Positions 46,083-55,598 of a stretch of 56,642 bases of DNA are shown here, in pieces (positions within the stretch are counted from its first letter, which is position 1; each line of letters begins with the position of its first letter). The position numbers and the translations under genes were made by a program. The stretch is from an uncultured Chitinophagaceae bacterium. Its GTDB lineage: Bacteria > Bacteroidota > Ignavibacteria > UBA10030 > UBA8401. Below the pieces are notes generated by a model. It saw nothing but the letters and a program-made list of their open reading frames with translations. It did no database searches and was not told the DNA's origin. The stretch is from contig CAYLMV010000002.1 of NCBI GenBank assembly GCA_964384415.1, positions 24,389 through 81,030 on the forward strand, written 5' to 3'.

Positions 46083-47489
46083 TCAATGAGACGACTTCCC
46101 TTTCGGAACCGCATTCCAGAGGCGTGACATCACAAACGCGCCGACAAGGGCAAACGGGATCGGCGCCCAATGCCACGCGTTCCAACCCCAGTTCGTTGTG
46201 ATGTAGCCCACCCCAACTCCGACGAATGCACCCGCGAGGTACTGCATCCCGTCAAAGAGCCCGGCCGCAGTCGCAACAGCTTTTTTCCCTCCAAAGTCCA
46301 TCGATGCCGCACCGCCAATCATCCCGTGAGCTCCATTGACGAAAAATGAAAGGAGCACGAGACAGCACGCCGCCACCACCGGCCCAAAGTTGAGCATATC
46401 CGAGAAACCGAACAACGCCAGGACGACGGCCATCCCGATAAACCCAAACACGATCACGGGTGCCCGGCGTCCCCCAAAGGTGCGATCAGACGCAATTCCA
46501 AAAACAAATCCGCCGGCAATTCCCGCAAGCGCAATTCCCCACGTAGCGATGATATAGGGAGGATACGTTGCAAACGCCGATCGGTTGGCGCCGTGGAAGT
46601 CCACAAAATATTTCGGCCACCAGGCATCGACGACGCTGCGGCGAACGAAGCCGATCATCATCGAGCCGAGCGCGATCATCCACATGACCGGCGAGGCAAA
46701 CACCTTCTGGACGACATACTTCAGGGATGAGGGTTTATCTGCGTCGATTTCTACTTCGTCGCCGGTCTCAAAATCTCCCAACCCGGCATCCTTCGGCGAG
46801 TTGTGCATGAAAAAGAGATTCTCGAAGAACAGCACCACCACGCACAGAGCCGGAATCCAAAACGCATATTGCCATGGAAGCACGAGCAGGATGAGCGGAA
46901 CTCCCTGGAATGCAAGCAGCAGCCCCATCCGGATCAGGACGCCGAAGATTCCGGCGAATGTTCCGCGCTCACGAACGTGGAACCACTGCGCGTTGACCTT
47001 CACGATCGAGAGCGCACCGAAAGACTGGAAGAATCCGTTCAGGCCCCAGACGATCGCCATCATCGTGAGAATCATTCCGCCCGAAAGCCCGAACTTGAAG
47101 ACGGCCGGAGTCACGACATGGCGGGCCATGCCGGTTCCTTCCCAGACGGCGGTGCTCACAATTGCGAGGCCTGCCAATCCAAACAGGAAATTCATCAGGG
47201 CAACACCGACGGCTCCAAAAAGAAACGCCTTCTTGCCGCCGATGCGGTCTGCAAGCGGGCCGTTGAAAACGACCGACAGCCCGTAGACTAAAGGCATCAA
47301 CGTCTCGAAAACACCAAGGTCCGTATTTTTCCATCCAAAGAGATCGGCGAGGGTCGGAGCAACAGCCGTGTAATTGTAGCGGGTCATGTAGAAGACAGCG
47401 TAAAGAAAGCCGAGCGATAGCCAATTGACAACCCGCCTCGTGCGAAACTCGGGCGTGATAATGGGTCGATCAGGAATTGAAACTGCCAT
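46083..47489 (-). CDS. MFS transporter, GlpT/UhpT (organophosphate:Pi antiporter) family
   Basis: YAVFYMTRYN, GPLADRIGG, NGFFQSFG...VNAQWF..RERG, DFGGKKAVATAAGLFDG.QY. Confidence 0.88.
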   Translation of the reverse strand: MAVSIPDRPIITPEFRTRRVVNWLSLGFLYAVFYMTRYNYTAVAPTLADLFGWKNTDLGVFETLMPLVYGLSVVFNGPLADRIGGKKAFLFGAVGVALMNFLFGLAGLAIVSTAVWEGTGMARHVVTPAVFKFGLSGGMILTMMAIVWGLNGFFQSFGALSIVKVNAQWFHVRERGTFAGIFGVLIRMGLLLAFQGVPLILLVLPWQYAFWIPALCVVVLFFENLFFMHNSPKDAGLGDFETGDEVEIDADKPSSLKYVVQKVFASPVMWMIALGSMMIGFVRRSVVDAWWPKYFVDFHGANRSAFATYPPYIIATWGIALAGIAGGFVFGIASDRTFGGRRAPVIVFGFIGMAVVLALFGFSDMLNFGPVVAACCLVLLSFFVNGAHGMIGGAASMDFGGKKAVATAAGLFDGMQYLAGAFVGVGVGYITTNWGWNAWHWAPIPFALVGAFVMSRLWNAVPKGKSSH

Positions 47490-47535
47490 GGGCTTCCTTT
47501 TTCAGGTTGGATGGCGAGCGATTCCGGGATATGGA

Positions 47536-47617
47536 AACCTTCCGAAGGCTTTTCTGAAAAGTTCAAACGAAGACGGAAACACCATGCCGCCTGATAGCAG
47601 GTCCTTCGGAAGGCTGC
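47536..47617. repeat. Inverted pair of CCTTCSGAAGG REP-like palindromes
   Basis: ccttccgaagg at 47538-47548, followed by cttttc-t-gaaaag; reverse copy ccttcggaagg at 47603-47613, downstream of tkt. Confidence 0.65.
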
Positions 47618-47624
47618 GAACTAC

Positions 47625-49625
47625 TCAGCCTAACAGCGCTTCTGCCTTCTTCAACACATTCTCTACCGTGAATCCGTATTCCTTGTACAGCACTTCGAAC
47701 GGCGCGGACGCTCCAAATTTTGTGATCCCGAGGATCGCGCCGGCATCTCCCACATATTTTTCCCAGCCCATCGGCACTCCGGCTTCGACAGCGATCCGTT
47801 TTTTGACTGATGGAGTCAGAACTTTTTCGCGGTATTCCCTCGGCTGCCTCTCAAAAAGTTCCCATGAAGGCATACTGACAACGCGGGCTGCCACTCCTTT
47901 CTTAACGAGAAGTTCATAGGCTCCAAGCGCAAATTGCACCTCCGAACCTGTCCCGATAAGGATGATCGCAGGCTGAGCTGAACTTTCTGCAAGCGTGTAG
48001 GCACCCTTCGAAAAGAGCTCGGCCGGTGCATATTTTGTCCTGTCGATCGTCGGGACTTTCTGGCGCGTGAGAGCAAGCGCCACGGGTCCGGATCGATGTT
48101 CAATGGCGTACTTCCAGGCCTCGGCGGTTTCGTTGGCATCGCATGGACGAAGAAGCGTTATATTGGGAATCGACCTGAGCGCTGCCATCTGCTCGATAGG
48201 CTGATGTGTCGGTCCGTCTTCTCCCAGTCCGATGCTGTCGTGTGTAAAAACATAAATCGGCCGGATCCCCATGAGGGCCGCGAGCCGAATCGGGGGGCGC
48301 ATGTAATCGGAGAAGATTAAAAATGTACCGCCGTAGGGAATAATTCCATCAGTCAGAGCCATGCCGTTGAGCACGGAACCCATCGCATGTTCACGCACGC
48401 CGAAATGAAAATTTCTTCCTTCGTAACTTCCCGGCTGGAATTCACCAAAATCTTTCAGAAACGTATTATTGGACGGGCGCAAGTCCGCAGATCCGCCGAT
48501 GAGAGACGGCAGGTGCGATACGATTGCATTGAGCACCTTGCCCGATGCTTCGCGAGTAGCCATGCCCGCCTCGGGGCCAAACTTGGGGAGCGCTTTGATC
48601 CACTCGCTTCCCAAGCTTCCTTCTCTCACATTTTCAAGTTCGGCGGCAAGCTCAGGGTGGGATTTCTTATACTGCGAAAAATTGTTTCGCCATTCTTCAT
48701 CAGCGGCCTTGCCTTTCCCGATCGCCCTGCGAAAATGGTCGAGGGCGTCCTGCGGAATGAAGAATTTCTTTTCAGGATCCCATCCGTATGCCTTCTTTGT
48801 AAGCTTCACCTCCTCATCACCTAATGGCGTTCCGTGCACTCCTCCCGTGTCGTGTTTGTTCGGGCTTCCATAACCGATATGAGTTCGCACGGCGATGATC
48901 GAAGGCCGGTCAGTCACCTTCTGAGCGGCCTGAATCGCCGCCGCGATTGCCTCGGTATCATTGCCGTCCGAAACGCTCTGCGTATGCCACTGGTATGCTT
49001 CAAACCTCTTCATCCGATCTTCGGTGAACGCGAAATCGGTTTCTCCGTCGATGCTGATATGGTTATCGTCGTAGAGATAAATAATGTTGCCCAGCTTCAA
49101 ATGGCCTGCCAGCGACGCAGCTTCGGACGAAACTCCTTCCATCAAATCACCGTCACCGCAGATGCCGTACACAAAATAATTCACGACATCGAAATTCGGC
49201 CGGTTGTAGCGTGCCGCCAGGTACCGCTGCGCGATCGCCATGCCGACCCCGTTGGCAAACCCCTGACCGAGCGGACCGGTAGTCGTCTCGACTCCGGGCG
49301 TCAGGTGATACTCCGGGTGTCCGGGAGTCTTGCTGCCGAATTGACGGAAATTTTTCAGGTCATCGAGAGAGAGGTCGTAGCCTGTCAGGTGGAGAAGGCT
49401 GTAGAGGAGCATCGAGCCGTGGCCCGCAGAAAGCACAAACCGGTCCCGGTTGTTCCAATGAGGATTGGAAGGGCTGTGCTTGAGAAACCGGTCCCAGAGA
49501 ACGTATGCCATCGGCGCTGCGCCCATGGGCATTCCCGGGTGGCCGGAGTTTGCTTTTTGAACTCCGTCAATTGCGAGAGTTCTGATAGTATCGATACATA
49601 ACTGGTCAAGTGCTTTGTCGCTCAC
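47625..49625 (-). CDS. tkt: Transketolase
   Basis: [28 protein letters not shown]...YDDN TPP motif, [16 protein letters not shown]; GTG start. Confidence 0.98.
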   Translation of the reverse strand: MSDKALDQLCIDTIRTLAIDGVQKANSGHPGMPMGAAPMAYVLWDRFLKHSPSNPHWNNRDRFVLSAGHGSMLLYSLLHLTGYDLSLDDLKNFRQFGSKTPGHPEYHLTPGVETTTGPLGQGFANGVGMAIAQRYLAARYNRPNFDVVNYFVYGICGDGDLMEGVSSEAASLAGHLKLGNIIYLYDDNHISIDGETDFAFTEDRMKRFEAYQWHTQSVSDGNDTEAIAAAIQAAQKVTDRPSIIAVRTHIGYGSPNKHDTGGVHGTPLGDEEVKLTKKAYGWDPEKKFFIPQDALDHFRRAIGKGKAADEEWRNNFSQYKKSHPELAAELENVREGSLGSEWIKALPKFGPEAGMATREASGKVLNAIVSHLPSLIGGSADLRPSNNTFLKDFGEFQPGSYEGRNFHFGVREHAMGSVLNGMALTDGIIPYGGTFLIFSDYMRPPIRLAALMGIRPIYVFTHDSIGLGEDGPTHQPIEQMAALRSIPNITLLRPCDANETAEAWKYAIEHRSGPVALALTRQKVPTIDRTKYAPAELFSKGAYTLAESSAQPAIILIGTGSEVQFALGAYELLVKKGVAARVVSMPSWELFERQPREYREKVLTPSVKKRIAVEAGVPMGWEKYVGDAGAILGITKFGASAPFEVLYKEYGFTVENVLKKAEALLG

Positions 49626-49894
49626 GTAAATCTCCTATCGGATAAAAGTGGAAGAAGATGAGTAAGATACGCCGTCATGCGAAGCAGCAACATATGGTGA
49701 ATGCAATTTTGTGCAGGGAATTGGATGACACCCCGTGACTGAAAGATAGAAAAAAATGACTTAAAATAAAAGAACCATGGAGGCAAAAAAAGCTGGCACA
49801 GGGACCCGCACCCTGGTTCTGTTGCAGGGCCTGACGAGGTTTTTGGGCTCACGCAGAAAGGATAGGAAAGACGTGACTGCGGCGAGAATGCCGA

Positions 49895-50413
49895 TCACTT
49901 CATCGTATGTCCGGCCCGCTCGACTGCTCTGCGTGCCGCTTCCATAACTTTCGGATCAGAGTTATGAGGGAGAATACGGACGTCGGCTGCTTGTTGCATC
50001 ATCTTCAAGAGGCCCGCTGCATCTTCGCCGATGGACTCTTCCGCAGCTTCGTAGAGTCCCTCGACTTCCTCTTCGAGCTTGTTGTGCAGGGTGAGAATTG
50101 AGCGGATCGTCAGAATGAGCGATGGTGTCGGGGGAGGGACCATGAGAGAAACCAGGGCGCCGTGATCGAGGCGGATTTTTGCAGCGATCGGCAGCGGCTC
50201 GCCTCCGCGCATGCGTTGCGCCGCCGGCATGAGGATTTTTTCTTCGATGCTGATGTGCCGGAGAAGCCCGGCACGGAATTGCGCGTACGCTTCGTCGTCG
50301 ATCTGGCCCGGTTCATCGCCTGCTCTCCGGAGCAATTCATCGAGCCTGAGATGGTCGTTCGCGAGAAATGTGTAGATGGGGCAGGCCAGATCAAATCCTT
50401 TCCTTCTAGACAC
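49895..50413 (-). CDS. Hemerythrin/HHE cation-binding domain protein
   Basis: DH..LD.L, LLRHISIEEKIL, DHG.L, HNKLEE...LY pattern; start uncertain. Confidence 0.78.
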   Translation of the reverse strand: MSRRKGFDLACPIYTFLANDHLRLDELLRRAGDEPGQIDDEAYAQFRAGLLRHISIEEKILMPAAQRMRGGEPLPIAAKIRLDHGALVSLMVPPPTPSLILTIRSILTLHNKLEEEVEGLYEAAEESIGEDAAGLLKMMQQAADVRILPHNSDPKVMEAARRAVERAGHTMK

Positions 50414-50433
50414 TCCACCTCGCCCGATGTCCG

Positions 50434-51096
50434 TCAGCCTTTGTCTTTGATCAAGCCATGTTCGATGGCGTACCGCACGAGATGGGCAACATCGTGAACG
50501 CCGATCTTGTGCATGATGTTCGTCCGGTGCGTGTCGATCGTTCTTGAACTGATGAACAGCTTCTGGGCAATTTGCTGGTTGGTGAGACCCTGCGAGACGA
50601 GCTCGAGAATTTCCAGCTCGCGGGCCGTGAGAAGTGACGACGGAGGCTCGGCCGTTTTGACGTGATCCCGATTGTCGAGGAACCCCTTCACGATAATCTC
50701 TTTCACTCTCCGGCTGAATGCTTTGTCGCCCTTAACGATGCTGCGAATCGCGGCTATCAGCTCATCCTTCTCGGCGCTTTTCAACAAGTACCCTTCGGCG
50801 CCGAACTCGAGCGCCTGTTGCACATATTCTTCCTGTTCGTACGCCGTGAGGATCAGGATATGGGTCTGAGGATAACTGTTGCGGACCGTCTTGGTTACCT
50901 CGAAGCCGGAGATAATGGGGATGAACAAGTCGAGAATAACGACATCGGGATGCAGTTCTTTCACTTTCTGCAACGCCGCATCGCCGTCCTCCGCCTCTCC
51001 AACGACGAGAAAATCCTCAACGTCCTTCAGTTGATTTCGAATCCCGAATCGCGCAAGCGGGTGGTCATCCACAATGAGCAGATGGATCTTCTTCAT
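50434..51096 (-). CDS. NarL/FixJ family response regulator (REC + LuxR HTH)
   Basis: IVDDH, PDVVILDL (phospho-acceptor Asp), GYLLK, LTARELEIL...TNQQIA..LFIS.RTIDTHR. Confidence 0.93.
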   Translation of the reverse strand: MKKIHLLIVDDHPLARFGIRNQLKDVEDFLVVGEAEDGDAALQKVKELHPDVVILDLFIPIISGFEVTKTVRNSYPQTHILILTAYEQEEYVQQALEFGAEGYLLKSAEKDELIAAIRSIVKGDKAFSRRVKEIIVKGFLDNRDHVKTAEPPSSLLTARELEILELVSQGLTNQQIAQKLFISSRTIDTHRTNIMHKIGVHDVAHLVRYAIEHGLIKDKG

Positions 51097-51216
51097 CAGT
51101 TAAGCCCTGCCATTAGGTATTCAGTTTGTTTCCCGGACGACGCATGGTGAGGAACAAATGGAGTGAAATTCTTAGGAAGAGCGGGCGCGACGCCGGTCAA
51201 ATTCCCGCAATCGACG

Positions 51217-51882
51217 TTATACCTTTGGCTGGACAAGGCCTTTTTCGATGGCATACCGGACAAGGTTTGCAACATCATGGATGTTGAGTTTTTGCATGAT
51301 ATTGGTGCGGTGGGTATCGACCGTTCGGGCGCTGATGAACAGCTTTTCGGCAATCTGCTGGTTCGTCAGTCCATCCGCAACAAGAGCGACGATTTCCTTT
51401 TCACGTTTCGTCAGAACGTCTTCGTCCGCGGAAATCTGGGTCTTTTGCCCTTCAGCTTTGCGGATGAAGGTTTCGAGAATGAGCTTTGAAATGCGCGGAC
51501 TAAAGAATTTCTCTCCCCGAACGACGGCAGCAACGGCTTCGAGAAGTTCTTCCTTCTCCACGCTCTTCAGAACATATCCTCCGGCGCCCGACCGGATGAT
51601 CTGGTAAACATAATCCTCGTTCTCGAACCCGGTTAGAATGAGTATCTTCGTTTCAGGATATTTCTTCTTGATCAGCTTCGTCGCTTCGATCCCCGAAAGC
51701 CCCGGCATGAAAATATCCATGATGACAAGGTCGGGCGTCAACGCTTTGGTCTTGGCAATTGCATCCTCGCCGTCCTCCGCTTCGCCAACGACGATGTAGT
51801 CATCGGAAGATTTCAGCTGGTTGATGACACCAAAGCGGACAAGGGGGTGGTCATCCACAACAAGAATTTTGGTTTTCTTCAT
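51217..51882 (-). CDS. NarL/FixJ family response regulator (REC + LuxR HTH)
   Basis: VVDDH, PDLVIMDI, GYVLK, LTKREKEI...TNQQIA..LFIS.RTVDTHR. Confidence 0.93.
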   Translation of the reverse strand: MKKTKILVVDDHPLVRFGVINQLKSSDDYIVVGEAEDGEDAIAKTKALTPDLVIMDIFMPGLSGIEATKLIKKKYPETKILILTGFENEDYVYQIIRSGAGGYVLKSVEKEELLEAVAAVVRGEKFFSPRISKLILETFIRKAEGQKTQISADEDVLTKREKEIVALVADGLTNQQIAEKLFISARTVDTHRTNIMQKLNIHDVANLVRYAIEKGLVQPKV

Positions 51883-51947
51883 GAGATTTCAGCCGGACGT
51901 AGGCAAAGGCAATGCTCTTCCCCGCTACTGCTCGATTCGCGTGCGTA

Positions 51948-51976
51948 AATGTATGAAGTATAAATTGTATTGTCAA
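51948..51976 (-). promoter_or_regulatory. sigma70-type promoter for the response regulator genes
   Basis: Minus strand TTGACA-17 nt-TACATT. Confidence 0.6.
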
Positions 51977-52030
51977 TTCCCCAAAAACGCAAAAGATTGC
52001 GGTTTTGCTTGAAGGTATTGCGTGGTGCGG

Positions 52031-52792
52031 TCAGATACTTTCACAGTCTTCTTCGGGAATCCAGCCGACCTTTCCGTCGGCAAGGCGGATCTTGCGCCAG
52101 CGATTGACGTTGTCCAGCACCTGAATTTTCAGCCCCTTATGCAGAACGAAGAGATCGTTCCCCTTGCTGTCGGGAGCGGATTTGATGTTTGCCGCATCGG
52201 CCATCACGATCGCAAATTCTGTGTTGGATTCCGTATACGACTGGACCCCGTATCCGATCATCGTCAGGACGAGGGCTGCGGAGAAAACCAGACCCGCGAA
52301 CATAGAAAGTCTCTTCTGAGAATAGGTCCCGGCGTAAAGGAAAAAGGCAAACGCGGCGAGCGTGAGAAGGAAGAAGGTGTAGACGATCCATCCCATCGTT
52401 GCAAGGGAGAAAAGGGTCAGCATCGTGTCAATCCATCGGTAAACAAAAATCTTCGGAACGACGTCGATCTTATCAACGACCTGGAGGTTCGCCAGTTGGA
52501 GATTGAACTGGACATCCTCATCGCGGGGAAGCAGTTCCTTGGCCCGCTCATATTCGAGGATTGCGTTCTGGATCTTCCCGCTCTTGTAATACGCGTTCCC
52601 CAGATTGTAATAGAGTTCCCCGCTTTCGTAACCGCTCTGGACGATTTTCTCGTACTGCGCGATCGCTTCCGCGTACTTCCCCTGAAGATAGAGTTGATTC
52701 GCTTCGTTGAAATTCTGAGAAGCCTCGTCCGCCCGCGCCGGGCCGGCAAAGAACGCGAACAGGAACACCATCGAAAGCATTCGTCTCATCAT
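52031..52792 (-). CDS. batE: BatE-like TPR + SH3 membrane protein
   Basis: Start revised to ATG 52792 (ATGA overlap with batD); FNEANQLY, YYNLGNAYYK, LFVLHKGLK, W.KIRL.DGKVGWI. Confidence 0.88.
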   Translation of the reverse strand: MMRRMLSMVFLFAFFAGPARADEASQNFNEANQLYLQGKYAEAIAQYEKIVQSGYESGELYYNLGNAYYKSGKIQNAILEYERAKELLPRDEDVQFNLQLANLQVVDKIDVVPKIFVYRWIDTMLTLFSLATMGWIVYTFFLLTLAAFAFFLYAGTYSQKRLSMFAGLVFSAALVLTMIGYGVQSYTESNTEFAIVMADAANIKSAPDSKGNDLFVLHKGLKIQVLDNVNRWRKIRLADGKVGWIPEEDCESI

Positions 52793-54636
52793 TTGTTCAA
52801 CTCCTTTTCCGTTGAGACGATAACGTTGCTTGCCATGCCGTAGATTTTGCTCTTCTCTTCCTGATCGGCGCTTGAAGGGGCAAACCGCGCGTACTCGCAC
52901 GCCTCCAGGCACTCCTTCAGCTGCGAGGCAACCTTCTGCGAAACCTTGGTGCCCTCCAACTGCTTCATGACGCTGTCGATCGATAGCGCGGAACGATCGA
53001 TGGCCAGTTTGTCGGAAACGTATGCCCACAATGCACGGGATATCTCTGCATAGAAGGCCTCCGCATTCTGCGATGTAAGAAGCGAGCGCGCATCCTTAAG
53101 TCTCTTCGTGGCTATTTTCATCGCCTTACGCGAGCGGAACGACGTCGCATCCGACAAGTCTTTTTGCGTTTTCTGCCGATAGGCCACGAGGCCGACGAAT
53201 GCCAGGAGCGGGACAAGCGACAGAATCGCCGCTGTCGATGCCGGGAGCGTATCATTCCCTTTTTTGCGAAATGCGCTGCTGTTCGTTTTGATGAACCGAA
53301 TATCCTCGCTGAGGAGTTTTACATCCTCCTTCGAAAGACCCGAACCGGCTGCGGGCGCTTCAGCGTTCCCTTTCTCAACCGTCAGGTCGAACGCGCCGGA
53401 GTGGAGTGTAACGTACTTCCCCGACGACGGATCGAAATACGAGAATTCGAGCGGGGTGATCTTCTTCTGACCCGGATACCTCGGCACGAGCAGCCATTCG
53501 AACGATTTGGACCCGTTCACGATGTTCCCGCTCCGGTCGATTGTTTCGTTCACCTTCGGATCGTATTTCTCAAATTCTGCGGGTATTTCGACATTCGGAG
53601 CTTCGAGGATCTTGATATTCCCCGTTCCTCCGACGGTCGCTTTCAGCGACAACGGCTCGTTGGTTTTGACATGATTGCTGCTCAGGGTTGCGTTCAGATT
53701 GAATTTGCCCACCGCCCCTTTGAACGAAACCGGGACATTGTTCTTCGGCAGCGGCAGCACCGAGACTTTCAGCGGAGGACTCTTTACGGCAACATTCGAC
53801 GTGGTGACATTGTTGAAAAACGGGTCGTTAAAGAATTGGTCGAAAAAGTCGTTGGAACGTTTGCGGTTCTCCATCTGGACCTGGCACACGATCTCGAGCG
53901 GACTGATTTCGAGAGACCCCGCCTGGGTCGGAAAAAGCGCGACCTTCTTGAGCACGGCAACTCTGTATTGTTTTCCATTTACTGTCTCGACGGTGAACGC
54001 TAAGTGTTGCGCTGTCACGAGTTCTTCACCCCAGAAACCGGTCATCGATGGGAGTTTATCAAACGTGATATTCGCAATGCTCACTCTGGTATAGAGTTTG
54101 AAAGTCGTCGTGATTTGCTCGCCAAGGTAGACACGCGCCCGGTCAACCGTCGCCCGCAGGAAGAGATTGTCGCCCAGCTGTACATCCTTGGTGTTGGATT
54201 GGGCGGCCGCAGCCGGCTGCTTTGGGTTTGCCGAGCTTTTAACGACGGTAATTTCGAGCGGCTGGGATGAGTACCGTTTGTTATCGACCTCAATTGTGGC
54301 AGCGCCAATGGTGAACTTTCCCGCCTCCCGCGGCTGCAAGGCGTACGAGTACGTGACGGACGACGAGACGGAGCCGTTGATGATCTGCATGCTCGACGAC
54401 TCGTTGGGTCCGGAGATAATCATGAATTTGCTGAGGTCGGGGAGCGCCAGGTTACGTCCTCCGTTCATTCCTCCGCCATTGAGAGTGAGTTGGAGTACAA
54501 ACTGCTCGCCGAGAGCGACAGTATTCCTATCCAAAGCCGCGCTGAACGACGGATCCGCCGCCTTCAATTGCCCCGGCGAGAAGACTATGCCAAGAAGGAA
54601 AGCAATCTTTACTATGTTAAACCAGGCTCGTATCAC
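52789..54636 (-). CDS. batD: BatD family protein
   Basis: Signal peptide, repeated Ig-like BatD domains, GAVGKF, FSYFDP, C-terminal TM and CE.ARFAP. Confidence 0.9.
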   Translation of the reverse strand: MIRAWFNIVKIAFLLGIVFSPGQLKAADPSFSAALDRNTVALGEQFVLQLTLNGGGMNGGRNLALPDLSKFMIISGPNESSSMQIINGSVSSSVTYSYALQPREAGKFTIGAATIEVDNKRYSSQPLEITVVKSSANPKQPAAAAQSNTKDVQLGDNLFLRATVDRARVYLGEQITTTFKLYTRVSIANITFDKLPSMTGFWGEELVTAQHLAFTVETVNGKQYRVAVLKKVALFPTQAGSLEISPLEIVCQVQMENRKRSNDFFDQFFNDPFFNNVTTSNVAVKSPPLKVSVLPLPKNNVPVSFKGAVGKFNLNATLSSNHVKTNEPLSLKATVGGTGNIKILEAPNVEIPAEFEKYDPKVNETIDRSGNIVNGSKSFEWLLVPRYPGQKKITPLEFSYFDPSSGKYVTLHSGAFDLTVEKGNAEAPAAGSGLSKEDVKLLSEDIRFIKTNSSAFRKKGNDTLPASTAAILSLVPLLAFVGLVAYRQKTQKDLSDATSFRSRKAMKIATKRLKDARSLLTSQNAEAFYAEISRALWAYVSDKLAIDRSALSIDSVMKQLEGTKVSQKVASQLKECLEACEYARFAPSSADQEEKSKIYGMASNVIVSTEKELNK

Positions 54637-54651
54637 GTGCGGCTAGTACTC

Positions 54652-55365
54652 CTACCAATCTTTCTCGACGTTGGTCTTGACAGCAGCTTTTCGGCGAAGT
54701 TTCTTCTGGACATTCTTCTCGTCATTCTTCAACGCATCGAGAATCCGTTGTGCATCAGCCCTGGACATCTGTTTTTCCTGCTGCTGTTGCTGCCGTTGTT
54801 GGTCCTGCTTATTCTGCTGCTGCTTTTGCTGATCTTGTTGTTTCTGCTGCTGATCCTGTTTCTGCTTGTCCTTTTGATTCTTCTGCTGATTCTTGTCGTT
54901 CTTGTCCTGCTTCTGCTGCTGCTTTTGTTGCTGCTGCTGTTTCAACATTTGTTCGGCGTAAGCGAGATTGTACTTCGTTTCTTCGTCGTCCGGGTTGAGC
55001 TTCAACGACCGTTTATATTCGTCGATGCCTTCCTGGTATTCCTTCTTCTCCAACTGGGCATTGCCGATATTGTGGTGAAGCTGAGCGCTGATTTTCGGGT
55101 CTGCCGTCTTCGTTAATGCATTCTGGTAGTTCTGGGCGGCTTCATCGTACCTCTGTTGTTTATAGAGCGCGTCGCCGAGATCAAAGTATCCCTGCATGAT
55201 TTGATTGTCTTTTTCCAGAGACTTCCGATACTCGGCCTCGGCATCGGCAAATTTCTGATCCTTGTAGAGGTTGTTGCCATCGCCGATATGCGATCGGACA
55301 GACTGGGCCATAAGCGCCGGTGCGATGTAGAGTATCAGGATCCCGTATCTGAAGAGTGACTTCAT
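54652..55365 (-). CDS. batC: BatC-like TPR protein
   Basis: GN.LYK...AEAEYRK, YK.SLKLNP.DEETKYNLAYA, Gln/Lys-rich linker, A.RIL.AL..DEK, EKDW end. Confidence 0.88.
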   Translation of the reverse strand: MKSLFRYGILILYIAPALMAQSVRSHIGDGNNLYKDQKFADAEAEYRKSLEKDNQIMQGYFDLGDALYKQQRYDEAAQNYQNALTKTADPKISAQLHHNIGNAQLEKKEYQEGIDEYKRSLKLNPDDEETKYNLAYAEQMLKQQQQQKQQQKQDKNDKNQQKNQKDKQKQDQQQKQQDQQKQQQNKQDQQRQQQQQEKQMSRADAQRILDALKNDEKNVQKKLRRKAAVKTNVEKDW

Positions 55366-55388
55366 TGTTGCTGGCAGAGAGTATTAAG

Positions 55389-55598
55389 TTTTGCGTTTTA
55401 CGTTCTACGTCTTACGTCTTACGTCTTACGTCTTACGTTTTACGTTTTACGTCTTTCATTTTACATTTTCCATCTTCCATTTTCCATCTTCCCTTGCTTT
55501 GTCCGTGATCCTCGACCTTAACCTTAATCTCGACCTGTTGATTGTTAATTGTTGATTGCTGATTGTCTGCTGTTGAATGTTTACTGTTTACTGCTCAT
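55389..55598. repeat. Composite tandem array: 15 heptamers + 7 hexamers + 9 heptamers
   Basis: 55389-55493 T(T/C)TTACG drifting to T(T/C)TTCCA; 55494-55535 TnnACC/ATC hexamers; 55536-55598 TG(T/C)TnAn heptamers running into the batB stop. Confidence 0.92.

Noticed and set aside
49830-49870. CUGACGA...GAAA as a hammerhead ribozyme; AACCUCGUCAGGCCC as SRP RNA
   Set aside because: There is no closing G-C stem II before GAAA for a hammerhead, and the GGAAGG(A/G)AGCAG loop of SRP helix 8 is absent.
904-54646. Many long antisense or overlapping ORFs in the six-frame track (e.g. 904-1809, 3863-4918, 10175-11125, 15427-16248, 17301-18242, 40823-41638, 53164-54003)
   Set aside because: They are shadows of well-supported genes on the other strand or frame, with no recognisable motifs or RBS.
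54780-54950. CAG/CAA-rich low-complexity DNA in batC
   Set aside because: It encodes the Gln/Lys-rich linker normal for BatC.
55389-55598. Repeat arrays as a CRISPR array
   Set aside because: Units are 6-7 nt and contiguous with no spacers; no cas genes are present.
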